In this document: positions 36,849 through 51,066 of the stretch, piece after piece
Layout: each line of letters starts with the position of its first letter
How positions within the stretch are numbered: the stretch's first letter is position 1
Origin: Octopus bimaculoides
Lineage: Eukaryota
Length of the DNA stretch: 64,000 nt
Reading direction: 5' to 3'
Assembly (NCBI RefSeq): GCF_001194135.2
Contig: NC_068995.1
Coordinates: 24,038,394 to 24,102,393 of the forward strand
The notes under the pieces: model-generated
Databases searched by the model: none
Told to the model about the DNA's origin: nothing
Seen by the model: only the letters and a program-made list of their open reading frames with translations
Made by a program: the position numbers and the translations under genes

Positions 36849-38652
36849 GTATATGTCCTTGAATGTGTATACGAGAATATTAGAATGTATATGTTTGAGA
36901 GCATATATATTGTTGAAAGTTATTTCCGACTGATAATTATGAGCGCCGAAGCCTTACTCGGATCGATAACCAATTAGCTATATACTAATATGCAAGACAC
37001 ATTTTTTCCACAGCGCCCCAGTATCACCTTATCATCCGGATGGCATTGTTCCAAGAATGTCTTAGCTAAAAGTTGTCATATTCTTCGATATTTTCCAGAG
37101 CAGTTTCTAGATAGCAATCTAGTTTTTGGTCAACTTTAGCTTTTGCTTACTTTGAATGCGTTCCACCGTGAGCAAGATTATACATAAACAGATATACGTT
37201 TCCGAGACTAACACATTATTTCAATTACATGTCTCTGACTTATCTCTATGATTATTTACATGTGTGGTTTCTATATTCCTGCGTATATGAAGACGTCGTT
37301 GGACTCAGTAAGAAAATTAGCCCATAAAATGTGATTTCGCAGATTTTTTGCTCTTGATGTCGACGTTTTTATCTAAGTTTTGAAGTGAACTTACAAATTT
37401 AGATCTTTAGATTGGTTAATAAGAGAAGTTTGTACTTGAAATGATTATAGATTATAAGTTAGATATTGAATTAGAATTCATTTCTCTTTGAGCTGAAATA
37501 GTCTTCACACTACCACCTATAATACAAGTGGCCTCAACTCTGCTAAATCTACAACAGCTCCCACCACACCAACTCACTACATTCCTCTTCTTTGTCTTCT
37601 CTTTTACTCAGTCTCTAGCTCAGAAAGTCATACGAAACATTACTTTAAATTTTATTTTTAATATTGAAGAACTGCAGTTGTCAGGACATTGAACCAGCAA
37701 GTTTATCACTGAATATTGATTTTTTTTTATTATTTTAAACAATTACATGGCAAATATCATAATCAATTATATACGCCGCAGCATGTATTTACCTGTTGGC
37801 TGTCAAAATTTGAACTTGAAATCTACAAAAGGGAATGATACCGCAATTATTCCCAGTTCCATTCTTCAGTTTCTGTCAACTCATTTACTGGAACAGTCCA
37901 AATATTCAAGACATTAATCCGCCCAAATTATTCCAATTATTCCATCTAAACATGTTTCATACGGACTCCTGCAGCGGTTACGTTTTTCTTACCAACATAT
38001 TCGCTTACAACGAGATATTGAAAAATGTTGCTGCAATTGTAGTTGTTATGATTGCTTGCTATAGGGTTTATTGATCATACAAAGAATAGACAGTGATAAG
38101 CTTGTTGTTAGGGTGTTGGTCCTGCAATCTTGAGGTCATACGTTTGACTCCCACACTGGACGATCGAGACACTTCACTTCAGTTTGATCCAGTCTGTTCA
38201 GCTGACGTATAGTATCCCTAGCAGCAGCAGCAACACCTAAGGTTGCCTTTGCTGAGAGGTGCTTCCAGAGTTATTAAAGAAACAACTGCTCGGCAGCTTT
38301 CGGTATAGAAAAACTATCGTCGTAGAATTCAGTTGTCGTAACTCAATCTATGCACGTGACATATATTGTCATGTAACCATGTTATAGGGGTAATTGTATA
38401 ATTGTCCGTTGGTATGTGTGCGTGTGCACGCCTGAGTGTTTGTTTGTGATAAAAAAAACTTTCTTCTACCATTTCTAAATCAAAATCAGATGATTTCGAT
38501 TAGTGATTGCAAGAGCAAAACATAATTTCGACATACTGGAACGCGGAATTGAACAGAGAAATTTAGTTGTTCAGTCTAACCTTCAATTGGTCTCGTAATT
38601 TGCAGAAATATGAGACCATACAGCTAGGGATATATATATATATATATATATA

Positions 38653-39331
38653 NNNNNNNNNNNNNNNNNNNNNNNNNNNNNNNNNNNNNNNNNNNNNNNN
38701 NNNNNNNNNNNNNNNNNNNNNNNNNNNNNNNNNNNNNNNNNNNNNNNNNNNNNNNNNNNNNNNNNNNNNNNNNNNNNNNNNNNNNNNNNNNNNNNNNNNN
38801 NNNNNNNNNNNNNNNNNNNNNNNNNNNNNNNNNNNNNNNNNNNNNNNNNNNNNNNNNNNNNNNNNNNNNNNNNNNNNNNNNNNNNNNNNNNNNNNNNNNN
38901 NNNNNNNNNNNNNNNNNNNNNNNNNNNNNNNNNNNNNNNNNNNNNNNNNNNNNNNNNNNNNNNNNNNNNNNNNNNNNNNNNNNNNNNNNNNNNNNNNNNN
39001 NNNNNNNNNNNNNNNNNNNNNNNNNNNNNNNNNNNNNNNNNNNNNNNNNNNNNNNNNNNNNNNNNNNNNNNNNNNNNNNNNNNNNNNNNNNNNNNNNNNN
39101 NNNNNNNNNNNNNNNNNNNNNNNNNNNNNNNNNNNNNNNNNNNNNNNNNNNNNNNNNNNNNNNNNNNNNNNNNNNNNNNNNNNNNNNNNNNNNNNNNNNN
39201 NNNNNNNNNNNNNNNNNNNNNNNNNNNNNNNNNNNNNNNNNNNNNNNNNNNNNNNNNNNNNNNNNNNNNNNNNNNNNNNNNNNNNNNNNNNNNNNNNNNN
39301 NNNNNNNNNNNNNNNNNNNNNNNNNNNNNNN
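38653..39331. other. Largest assembly gap (679 N), flanked by (TA)n
   Basis: Other gaps at 3651-3777, 8076-8085, 21568-21681, 25003-25207, 27464-27571, 35835-35844, 36589-36731, 40701-41034 and 48204-48283. Confidence 0.98.
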
Positions 39332-39939
39332 ATATATATATAGTGTACTCTTTCGTAATGGTAATGCCAACAAAAAAGTAATCCATCTGGTAAGAGATAA
39401 ATACTATTTAATAGACACAATACATGTTTTTGTGTGCTATTGATGGTTTCATATGTTGCGAAATACCTCAAAGATATCCATCAGGCACAAAGAAATTAAA
39501 TATCATAAGGAGCTAAAAATTGAATGAGAGAAGAAACGCGAAAAGTTGCGAAGGAGCAAATAGAAAACGTTGAAGGTTAAAAATCAGAAAACGAAAAAGT
39601 AAAAAGTAAGAAGTTAAAAAGGTAAAAGAATTATCCTCTTTAGACCTTAAATTATAAGGCTGAAAGTTATCAACAAGTTAATCAAGTATGGACGGTATTT
39701 TCCAATTCTTCAAAATGCATAATTTGAATGGAAATTAGTGCCCGAAAATTGAATCCTACAACAAATTTCAACTGTGCAGTCGCAATCGCCGTCTCTGTTG
39801 AAGAACAGAAACTAGAGAGGGCGCAGCAGTTCAAATAACCTAAGGCATTTATTTATGAATCAACTTCTAAAGTCGTTGTAAAAATAGCACGGGCAATAAC
39901 TGCACTAAGTAAACCTAAACCAATATGAAGGAATATGAT

Positions 39940-40290
39940 CATCACCATAAAAAGCAAAATCAAACGACTGAATGCATTGGTACGTTACAGTTTCTATACA
40001 GAAGCGTGACGTGGACTCTCTTTGCAGAGATAAAGATAACGAAACGAGTACTGGGATTGAGAAGAAACACCCTAAGTATCTCGTACATGGAGTACATCAC
40101 GTATGAACTAGTTCGCACAAGTATCCAACATCGCCTTGCCTCCCACAAAGTCCTAATAATTGTGAAGGAAAGAAAACTGAGACGGTAGGGCTCACTAATA
40201 AGATACAGCAGTATTGCGAGAACAATGGCGTGGCGAATGAAGGAAAAGATGGATAGAAAACAAGAATATAAAAGCGAATCATCAGCAAAG
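39940..40290 (+). mobile_element. RTE-like LINE post-RT fragment
   Basis: FLYRSVTWTL..KRVL..RRNTLSISYMEYITYELVR..IIVKERKLRR*GSLIR matches LLYG.ETWTL..ISY.EH.TNE.VR..RKL.W.GH..R. Confidence 0.7.
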
Positions 40291-40440
40291 GGAAACAAAG
40301 CTATAACGAGCCGCGTATGCATGTATGTATGTGTGTGTGTGTGTGTGTGTGTGCGTGTCTGTCTGTCAGTGTGTATGACCGCATGTTCACACTCATACTC
40401 ACACACATATGCTTATCTATCTATCTATCTATTTATTTAT

Positions 40441-41678
40441 ATATATATATATATGGTTAATGAGATATGCGGAATAAGGAAGATACGAGAATATCTATTA
40501 ATCACCACAATTGTTTCGACCCGTCTAGAATCGATGCCTCACGGGCGGGATACTTAACAACTGCTTTAGGAGCACTCGACGGTGTAGATGTGTCTCTTCA
40601 GGTGATAATTTGATATAACTCATTAAAATAACGACAGTTCTGCAATGTATTTTCCCGGTTCGTGTACAGAAAAGCAGTACATTAAAGGATATAGCATCAT
40701 NNNNNNNNNNNNNNNNNNNNNNNNNNNNNNNNNNNNNNNNNNNNNNNNNNNNNNNNNNNNNNNNNNNNNNNNNNNNNNNNNNNNNNNNNNNNNNNNNNNN
40801 NNNNNNNNNNNNNNNNNNNNNNNNNNNNNNNNNNNNNNNNNNNNNNNNNNNNNNNNNNNNNNNNNNNNNNNNNNNNNNNNNNNNNNNNNNNNNNNNNNNN
40901 NNNNNNNNNNNNNNNNNNNNNNNNNNNNNNNNNNNNNNNNNNNNNNNNNNNNNNNNNNNNNNNNNNNNNNNNNNNNNNNNNNNNNNNNNNNNNNNNNNNN
41001 NNNNNNNNNNNNNNNNNNNNNNNNNNNNNNNNNNATAGATTTCTTTGAGGTGAGGTGCCTGAACTCGCTAGCCGATGAATTCGTAAGTGCCTTTCTTATC
41101 GTTGATTTTTGGTGTCGCATGGCCAAAGATTACCGTGAATTTTTTTAGAGACACTTTCAAATTTATCAGAATATTGAGGCTGAAGATTGGAATAGTGAAA
41201 TTTCCATTCACTTAACCATGAAACGATTCGTATCCCATTAACTGAAGGCTTGGTTTGTTTACGCTTTTCCCTCCGGTTTTTTGTTCTATGTGTGCCATAA
41301 ATATCGCCATCCACTTTAGAGAAAATTTGTAGTTTGGAATCAGTAGTTCTTTGACTGCTATTTCTAAATTTTCAGTATGTTGGAGAAGCAACTCAATTGC
41401 TAATCCCTGTATATTTATATATATATATATATGGTTAATGAGATATGCGGAATAAGGAAGATACGAGAATATCTATTAATCACCACAATTGTTTCGACCC
41501 GTCTAGAATCGATGCCTCACGGGCGGGATACTTAACAACTGCTTTAGGAGCACTCGACGGTGTAGATGTGTCTCTTCAGGTGATAATTTGATATAACTCA
41601 TTAAAATAACGACAGTTCTGCAATGTATTTTCCCGGTTCGTGTACAGAAAAGCAGTACATTAAAGGATATAGCATCAT
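40441..41678 (+). repeat. Identical direct duplication of about 250-260 bp (40441-40700 and 41419-41678) straddling a gap
   Basis: Offset of 978 bp, no differences seen by eye; the first copy ends exactly at the gap edge. Confidence 0.9.
40501..40606 (-). ncRNA. Hammerhead-like motif with long helix II and G at the cleavage position (probably inactive); copies at 41479-41584 and, diverged, 53805-53910
   Basis: Minus strand: aucac-CUGAAGA-gac[about 70 nt]guc-GAAA-c(aauu)g-UG-gugau. Confidence 0.5.
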
Positions 41679-42039
41679 TTACATAGAAAATCATTAATAA
41701 TAAAAGAAAAACAGATGCAAAACGGAAACAAATACACAATACAGCAAAATAAGTATTAAATATAACAATTAACGGCTATGGATGTATAAAGACCCTCGCG
41801 TAGGTTGTAAACCACATGTACGCTCGCTTATGCAAACATCCACAAAGACGTAAGCATACGCACATGCGTTCTCATAGCGAATTAAATAGCTACTTGGTGA
41901 TTATAGAAATGGTGAGGTTAGAGCTAAATTTAATTCATCTATACCTTAAGATGAATTATGCTTATTAATTAGGTTAACGGTTACTCAAATTCATTCCCAC
42001 TGTATAGTGCGAAAGTACATTTATATGCATGTAAGCATC

Positions 42040-42290
42040 TTGAGAGTACTTCAGAAATTCTAATAGTGATCTTCTCATTGGTCCACAGAAGAAACAAGGA
42101 TTCCTAGGGGCAGAGTCGGTTTTGTGTGCCTTACAATGGACCGAGCTATGTTATACTTAGTTTTATCTTACTTAAGTCACTAAACAAAATCGGGCAAAGA
42201 CGTTGAATGTCTCTTGTTGGTTTTCTTGAAGCTGGTGATATGGCTGCGATAACGATTCTTGAATGAATCAACCTTTATCCCAATGTAAAC
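42040..42290 (-). mobile_element. Penelope-like GIY-YIG C-terminal fossil
   Basis: Minus-strand DSFKNRYRSHITSFKKTNKRHSTSLPDFV**LK*DKTKYNIARSIV matches FK.RY.NH..SF....TSLS.YVW.LK...Y.I.WSI. Confidence 0.7.
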
Positions 42291-42559
42291 ATTTGGTTCT
42301 CCCTTTGTGTGTACAGTACATTTATATTCAAGATTTGTATAGCTTGGCATAGCTTTGTTTCTCTTTGCTCATAATTCGCTTTTATATTTCTTGTACTCAT
42401 ACAGAGGTTCATCAATGGGCATCTTGATTTGCTTTCATGATTTTTCTCTTCATTTAGTTATATATATGGCAGTTCTTACTTCATTTGCTGACGTTGTTAC
42501 CGTATTAGCTATAGCGCTCACTATTGCTACTATCACGATGTAGCCGTATCATACTTCTG

Positions 42560-42760
42560 CTTAGCCAGACATCGACTATGTTAGTTACCCACGGGCGTTC
42601 ATTTTTTCCTAGTCCTCCCCAGCTTTCTTATACCTTTTCCTTCTGTGTTTCACCTCTTCGCTAGACATTTTTCTGTATATCCGACGAAGAATGTGCGCCC
42701 GAAACGTTACACTTTCACTGTCTAACTTTATGTTTCGTTTTGAGTGTCAACTTATTAATA
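42560..42760 (+). mobile_element. PLE pLTR-like remnant with decayed hammerhead motif
   Basis: 42681-42708 reads cCGACGA-agaatgtgcgccc-GAAAcgtt; context resembles 5690-5880. Confidence 0.45.
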
Positions 42761-43475
42761 TTAACTTTGAACGTCCATAGGACTTTTGTTACTTTTTTAT
42801 TTGATTTTTTTTGTTATTGATTCAATAAATGTGTGTGTTTATATACATGCACGCGAACGTCTTTGTGTGAATGTGTTTGAACAATGTATACAAATATATG
42901 CGCATTTCATTTACCAGCATAAAAAGTATAAAAAAAAAGATTCAACTGATATACGATCAGGACGTTTATAATTTGGATTATTTGGATCTGGACAATAAGA
43001 TTTCTATGACGTGAATTTGAAATACCACTGATTTTCATAAGAGCGGGTTTCCATGTATGCACCGTTAAAATGTTGAGTTATGTATATGTATATACATGTC
43101 CAAGATTGCCTTATTGATATGAGAGTATAACTTACAGCAGTAATTCTTCACTGTTTTAGCTTATAAAACATGTTTTATCTTGAACAATCATTAACGTCTT
43201 CCCCAACAAAATTATAATAAGGATATAATTACAATACATTCGGCGTTATAATTTTATAGCATTCATCTCAGTTTTCTATAACAACCCGTTCTGTGAAGAT
43301 GTTATAACTCTTTTGGGAATAAATACCAAACTGGAACAATTCAGGAATTGTACGTTACAAAGTCGAAGTGTTATAACAGTAAGCGTGAGCCAGAATACTT
43401 AATGGTGAATGTTTCGAAAGGCACTATAAACATTATTGTTCGGTTTCAGAGATGTTCAGTCGGCCCATGCACACA

Positions 43476-43515
<40 letters not shown>

Positions 43516-43537
43516 CACGCACGCGCGTACACACACA

Positions 43538-43586
<49 letters not shown>

Positions 43587-43990
43587 TATATGCATTTGAT
43601 AGATAGATAGATAGATATATAGATAGAATTCATATACACATATATAATACATACGCGCACACGCGAACACACACGCACACACACATATGTATTTATGTGT
43701 GTGTGTGTATATATTTACAATCCATACTGTCATGGTTTATGTAATGTAGAGTAAAGAAATAGGGAAATTTATGTGTGTATATATCTTAGATTCCTTAGAT
43801 AAAAGGATATTCATCGATTTCTTAGATAAAGAATATATTCATACCAAAATTTATCGACTTTATCAGTGTTTGCAATATATTTTGACCATACGATTATGAA
43901 GTGAAAAAGAAGATTCTAGTGTAGATGTGAGTGTGTGCGTGTGTGTATGTGTGTCTGTGTATATGTGGGCGTATAAGATGTGTAAAGATA

Positions 43991-44062
<72 letters not shown>

Positions 44063-45561
44063 GTATGTACATATGTATATATAGTGAGATCTAATGAGAA
44101 AGAGAGAGTGAGAGAGCCTTCACCCTCTTGGTTTTTATGGAAAAGTATAGTATAGCAGATTGGCTGTATGGCGAAATTTATGGCTGCAAACTCAAGAAAA
44201 CAGTACAAAATAGATTAGCCAAGCTTTATGGCTGACAAAAAATTAAAAGCATAAACTTGATTTCGTTTCATTGACAGAATTGTCTCCCTTGTTGTTTTAT
44301 TCTATATTTACCTTTCTTTTTAGCTTTACTTATTTATTGCTCCACTTTGCTTTTTTTCCCTATTGTTTCTTTTATTTATATATTTATTAATTTACTTTAC
44401 ATTTTCTATTTTTACCCATTTTTCGTTTCATTCCATCTTCGCTTAATGTTATTGTATTTTATTTCTTTTCATAAAATTGGATTTTTCTTTTTGTTCACAT
44501 TTATGCTTCTCTTTTCTTTATTTGTATATTTTCCTTTTTTTTTCTTTTATTTTTACCAGTTTTCTCTTTATTTTTACATTTAGTTATCCAGCTCTTTCTT
44601 TCGCTTTCATTTAGTTTTCGACGCTTCTGATTTAATTTTCAGGAGAATCCTTGGCGTGATGTATTTTTAACTGTTATGTATGCCAAGCTATCCTTTCATA
44701 TTGTCTTTGGCTTTTTTGTTTTATATTTCTTAACCGATATATACATACTTTTTTGCCAAAGGTTTACATTTTAGACATCTTAAAGATAATATTAGTTTCG
44801 ATATAATTAGGAATAAGTAAATAGGTTAGTTTCACTCCAACAGACACGTCTCGGCTTAAGTTTAAACCAAAACTAAAAGATATAATAATATTTAGAATTT
44901 AGATAGACGTAAACAGTAAGGTTGTAAAGTAAATGTTTGTAGTTCATGACAATTTTAGTAGGAGTTAGTATGTCTATAGTGTAGATGTGTAGTGAATAGA
45001 GACTTCATAGATAGATACACCATTTACTGTCACATCTAGTGAAGAATTTTTCTTTAGTATTCTGTATCAACGTAATATAAACACAGGAAACAAACTTTCA
45101 CTAATATAATTCTGTTCCATAGATATAACTTCAGAATACACGCATAAAAATATTAATAAGACTTGCAAACAAAAAGCATAACAATTCTTTAGAACATTTT
45201 TACGTGGAACGTATATTTTCACTGCCAAACTGAAGTATTTTATCACAGACATTGTGATAAAATTTGTTCAGTAAAACTGTTTTAGAAAACGAAAACTTGC
45301 CTCATGATAGAATATTGTAACTGCTCACGGAGTTTCGCAATATACCTCAAATTCTATATAGATATCTAAAGAAAAGAACCTTACCTATAAGCCAAAAACT
45401 TCAATTTATAAAATATTATTTGAATGTTTCATATATGCAGGTATTTTGAAAATACCACACGGAGTGATGTCAGTGCCCTGCATAGTTATGGGTTATCCTT
45501 TGGCAATGTTTGGAATCTGTTCAGTCACCTTTCCAAGGATACGGCGAAGTCATGCAACTGC

Positions 45562-45598
<37 letters not shown>

Positions 45599-45620
45599 TA
45601 CGCACGCACACACAGACACA

Positions 45621-45696
<76 letters not shown>

Positions 45697-45705
45697 CATA
45701 TACAT

Positions 45706-45776
<71 letters not shown>

Positions 45777-45821
45777 TAGATATGCATATATGTATATGTA
45801 TATACATGGAAAGAAGAAGTG

Positions 45822-46124
45822 TATGACCACTATTCTTCGTTTAAATTAAGAAATAAGGCAGGCAGGACTTCTCTAACCACGAAGTTTTGAGAGATCAAGG
45901 ATGACAGTGTTAAATTTGAATTGATTTGGGACATTATTAGGTTTACTGAGCCGTACTCAAACAAAAGATACGAGTGCAGGCTTTGCGGCATGGAGCTGTT
46001 TGAAAATTTAAAGTGACCAAATAATGAAGGTCTAATAAATAATGAACTAGGCCTTCGTCTTTCCTGTATACGTAAGGCTACCCTCACCTTTAAATATTTT
46101 AATAGCATTAAACAACCTCTATAA
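45822..46124 (+). mobile_element. Penelope-like GIY-YIG C-terminal fossil
   Basis: YDHYSSFKLRNKAGRTSLTTKF*EIKDDSVKFELIWDIIRFTEPYSNKRYECRLCGMELFENLK*..LSCIRK; same type as 42040-42290. Confidence 0.7.
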
Positions 46125-46479
46125 TCGCTTTTACCTAGAGCCAATATAATTTACTCCCTCTATTGTTGACCCAAAAGTCGAATTATTTGCTTAATTGTTT
46201 TGAGTCCTTCTAATTTTGTTCTTTATCATTACTTCCTTCCATTGTTACTATACTTGCATGAAATGCTATATTGAAGGAGCTAACCATTCTGTTTGTGGTG
46301 TACCCAGTATTCTGCAATAACGATAGCAAAAACATCTTACCTAGAAGTAGCAGCCTGCACACCCTAACCTGTTCTTTTCCAATTCCACTAAGTAAGTAGT
46401 CCTTATGCAAAGATATTATTATTTGTGTTGCGCTTGTTAATTGATAGATGGAACACACCATACAAACCCGCGACTATTG

Positions 46480-47040
46480 TCCAGAGTTGCATTATCAAAT
46501 TCACACAAGGGTGATTATACTATCTAATTAAGTAATACCAACGCCACCTATATAACATTCCAAATTGTTAACCCTTAAAATATTTCCTACTGTTGGTTTT
46601 CTTTCATATTCGATCTGGTATTCCTCTAAATCTGTACTAGGTATAGTTTATTATATAATCCCTTTTTTCTTTGAATTCCGTCATGATAAGCAGTACTCTA
46701 CTATTACAACGAGGTTTTTCCTCTCCAAGCAGACATGTCCTAATATTACAAGCAGTCTCCACTAACTCATATAATATATTCGTATCTAAAGCAACGCCCT
46801 ACATCTTTCCACTTTATCAGATAAATCAATCGCGGTTAACACGACAATTAATTTATTTCGGTTCTCTCCCAGCTACCCACTTCTCTAAGCCTACTATAAT
46901 AAAATATCATCTACACCTCACTCTTGGCTACCAAAGAACCAGTCTAGCAGACTCTTATCTCACCCGGGTTGCTGACCTTAAATTTAATATTACACCCTTG
47001 CAAAAACTATATTCTTCACCTGACTCCACCCACTAATGCC
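46480..47040 (+). mobile_element. Ancient CR1/L2-like RT fossil
   Basis: Frameshifted remnants resembling GIPQGSVLG (ggtattcctctaaatctgtactagg) and ADDVLILQAV (gcagacatgtcctaatattacaagcagtc). Confidence 0.4.
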
Positions 47041-47531
47041 CACAACGGTCAACTTTGTTGGTCATTTTCTCATTTCATAGTTTGCCTCGACAAGCTTCAG
47101 TCACGTCCTTGCTGTATTCTTGGAATATTCTTTTGTTTGTAAAATTACGCTTCATCTGATGATGACGGTTTTTTTTTTTTTGTAATGGAGTAATGTTCTC
47201 ATTCTTCTATTAAAATTGCATAAGAAACAGCTGTAACGAGCTGCTAACAATTATCCATTGTCTGTTATTCATTTGATTATACTATACCAAGGAGATTTAC
47301 GACTTGTCGAGCACCCTAGTGTTTACTAACAACGTAACGCGTGCTTTGGACCAGTCCATATGTGCTAAATAATCATAGGGTCGGTTTTCTTTGCGTACAC
47401 AACCGGAATATACAATTTGATACTTACCAAACATACGCCGGAACCACAGGTTTATCCAATCCTGCCTGGTGCATATCTTTTCAAGTACCTGATACTATCT
47501 GAATCCTTATTTCACTATATACATATACATG

Positions 47532-47634
<103 letters not shown>

Positions 47635-47654
47635 ACATACACACACACATATAT

Positions 47655-47689
<35 letters not shown>

Positions 47690-48283
47690 CGGAGCAAATC
47701 AACCACGAGGACAAAGTAATTCAGGAGAAATTAATTTGCGAAGACACCGTTGACTCTGTTATTATCTAGTTTAACAATTTAAAAATGATAATAACAGAAT
47801 CAACAATATAGGCGATTGCAGACCCCCACAAAAGCATTAAATACATGAAGGATTAAAATTAATCAAAGGACATACTAAGTATGTCTACCTGCTGGACATA
47901 GCAATCAAAACTCCTTAGATCGCCAAAATATACTGATAATAATTAGAGAAATCAACCGTTTGTAGGAAAATGAACTAAGACAATCTCCCAGCGTATTGAT
48001 TTCAGTGCAAAATGAATCAGTTGCAGCGCAGACTTCAACACGACGGGTTGGGGGTCTCTATAATGATAACATGTGCTGAGGAAGCAGAGGCTATTATGCC
48101 AGTGCAGAAACCGGTCCTCGTGAGTTCAAATACTTGAATATATGCTGGGAAATTGTCTTAGCTCGTTTGCCTTCGGACGGTTGATTTCCGCAGTTTTTAT
48201 CAGNNNNNNNNNNNNNNNNNNNNNNNNNNNNNNNNNNNNNNNNNNNNNNNNNNNNNNNNNNNNNNNNNNNNNNNNNNNNNNNN

Positions 48284-48322
<39 letters not shown>

Positions 48323-49557
48323 TATATGGGTGGGTGGGTGCCCTTGTGTCTATGTTTGACTCTGCCACTGCTTAACAACTGGTGTCGATGTGCTTACGTG
48401 GCCGTAACTTAGCAGTTCAGCAAAAGTGTTTAATGGAATAGGTATCATGCTTTAATAAAGAAGAGTGCTGAGGTCGATTCACTCCAGTAAAAATTGTTCA
48501 ATGCAGTCTAATGATTCAAACAAATCAAAGATATACATAGTTTTACATATATTTTCACTTGAGTGATATGATATTTTGTGGGCAAAAATACTTCATTTCT
48601 CTATGCTTCCCTCATTTATTCTTACATATTACTGTTTTCCTGAAGTATAATAAGATTCCAGGTAATTTGATGGTAAACACTTCGACATACCTATGTTAAG
48701 GAATTACTTCTTATAAATATTTTATGTAAAGAAATAAAACAAAGCTTTTCATGAATGGCATACAATGTTAAGAGGTAGTGATGAACAACTAAATTTTCAT
48801 TCTCTCTAATGATTTTCTTCCCATTAAAATACATAAGGTCATTTTATAATGGAACGGGGAATAGTGGATCAGTCTGAACAGAGCGCATTAATTTAATCTA
48901 TGCCAGAAGGATGAAAGGCTAAGCATATTTGTCCGTATTTAAACATCGAATCCTAAGAAATCGAACAGCGTCGTAAAAATTACGTAATCCGATTCTGTAA
49001 GCAAGATCACTTCAAACTCATCTCAAGAGATTTTCAAAGCAAACTGACTGGTGAATTTTATTACCACAATAATCCTGCCGTGCAACATCTCTATAAGTAT
49101 TAGCGAGGAAATATCGATGACTAAATAAAACTGCAAAAATATTCTAACTGTTGTTAAAACTCTCAACACTGAAACTTTAAAATCCTGTATTTACTACCAG
49201 TATATTAAGTACTAGTTTATGAGGACCTTTCTATATAATGTTATTTCTTACACAATAATAAAAATTGAACATGGTAAGTGTAAGGCAATGAAATCATGTG
49301 GCATACATCTTTCGCTGATCATTTTAACGAATGAGAAGCTCAAAACTGGGATGGATCTCGGATGCTGGGGTATTTCATTTTAGTACATGAGTTAATTTCA
49401 TACTTTATTCGATAAAGAAATGGGTATCTTTACCATTCATGTTTTTCCTAAATCACTTATCACTTAAGAAAACTAAAATATTTTCAACGATGAACAGAAA
49501 ATAATGGAAGTCATGAATCGGTGAGAACATAGTGTGATTGAAAGTGTTCTTATATTG

Positions 49558-49807
49558 CTTTCAAATTTTGGCACAAGGCCAGCAATTTGAGGGAGAGTTA
49601 AGTTACTTTACATCGATCTCTGTTTTCAACTGCTACTTATTTTATCGACTCCGAAAGACATGAAAGGCAAAGTCGACCTCAGCGGAATTTGAAATCGGAA
49701 CGTAAAGACGGACGAAAAGACGCTAAGCATTTTGCACGGCGTGCTAACGATTCTAGCAACTCGCTGCCTTATATTAGCAGAAAACTCGCTGTCTTATATT
49801 AGCAGAA
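49558..49807 (-). mobile_element. SINE family A with a 25-bp tandem duplication at its 5' end
   Basis: aactcgctg(c/t)cttatattagcagaa occurs at 49758 and 49783. Confidence 0.85.
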
Positions 49808-50225
49808 AATGATGTTAGGTGGAATTGTTTTCAGTACATACCTTGTATTTTTTTAATCGATCCCGGATAAAAGATTATGATATACTCAGGATTGTAGAGA
49901 TAGAATATAAATATTCGTTAGCATTTGATCCGTGTTCTGCCATGTGTGCAATACCAAAATTTAAGTGGACTGATAAGGCTAATTGCATCAAATGCCCTGA
50001 TGATTACTAGTATATCTCTTCAGCACTTGATAAACAATTGGGAAAGCGGGTACAGTAACGTTTTCCAAGATGTTCCTAATTTTTATCCATGGAAATTAAA
50101 TTCTTCATTTTTTTAACTCTGAGTTAGGACTAATAAAGATAATAATCATATGGATGGGCAGAAGCAACAGTATTCCTGATACAAGAACATACCAACTCTC
50201 TTTCATATAATGAAATGAATATCCA

Positions 50226-50568
50226 GGTGTGGCTATGTGGTTAGAGGTTTGCTCTCTAATCACATGGTTCCAGGTTCAGTCCTAATTTTGGTATTTTGGG
50301 CAAGTGCCTTCTACTATAGCCTCGAGCCGACCAAAGCCCCGTGAGTGAACTTCGTTGACGAAAACTGAAAGTAGTCCGTCGTAGATGTGTGTGTTGTGTC
50401 TTTGTGTCTGTGTTTGTCCCCACCACCACTTGTCAACCGATGTTGTTGCATTTATGTCCCCCGTAACATAGCGGTTCGACAAACAAGTTCAATAGTATCA
50501 GGCTATAAACTTCAACACGATGCCCCCCCAACATGACCACAGTCTAGCGACAAGTAAAAGATAAAAGA
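50226..50568 (+). mobile_element. Near full-length SINE family B
   Basis: ggtgtggctatgtggttagagg..ggttcagtcc..ttgggcaagtgcc.., then the gtgt linker and tail ending aagtaaaagataaaag. Confidence 0.85.
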
Positions 50569-50978
50569 CGAATCCTACCATAGAGATGACAAATTTTGTC
50601 AGTTTGAAACATTTCCTATAACAATACACCATTGTATATACAATGTCCCACACTCACACCGACAAAATAATCATAGGAACAGGGCGATGCAGCAAAGGTG
50701 ATCTATATGTGTCTAGACACCAATATTTCAAGTGTTGCGAGGGAAAACTCGCCGATATTCAAATAAAATTATCCTTAAAAATGTGGATGTTAAACTACTG
50801 TGCAAAAGTAACTTACAGGTAGCTAGATATCTCCTCATAATACTCCTGCTAGTAATCTTAATAGCAAACCTTGTACTTACATACAGGGAAACACACATAT
50901 ACATACGTATACATACTCACACATATGTATATATGCATGAACATATAAATACATATATTTGAGTATATATATTATATG

Positions 50979-51066
<88 letters not shown>

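Noticed and set aside
49819-50010. ORF ending PCSAMC..ANCIKCPDDY, reminiscent of the class C GPCR Cys-rich domain
   Set aside because: Cys spacing is incomplete (no CC/W motif), a stop follows at once, and no other receptor exons were found.
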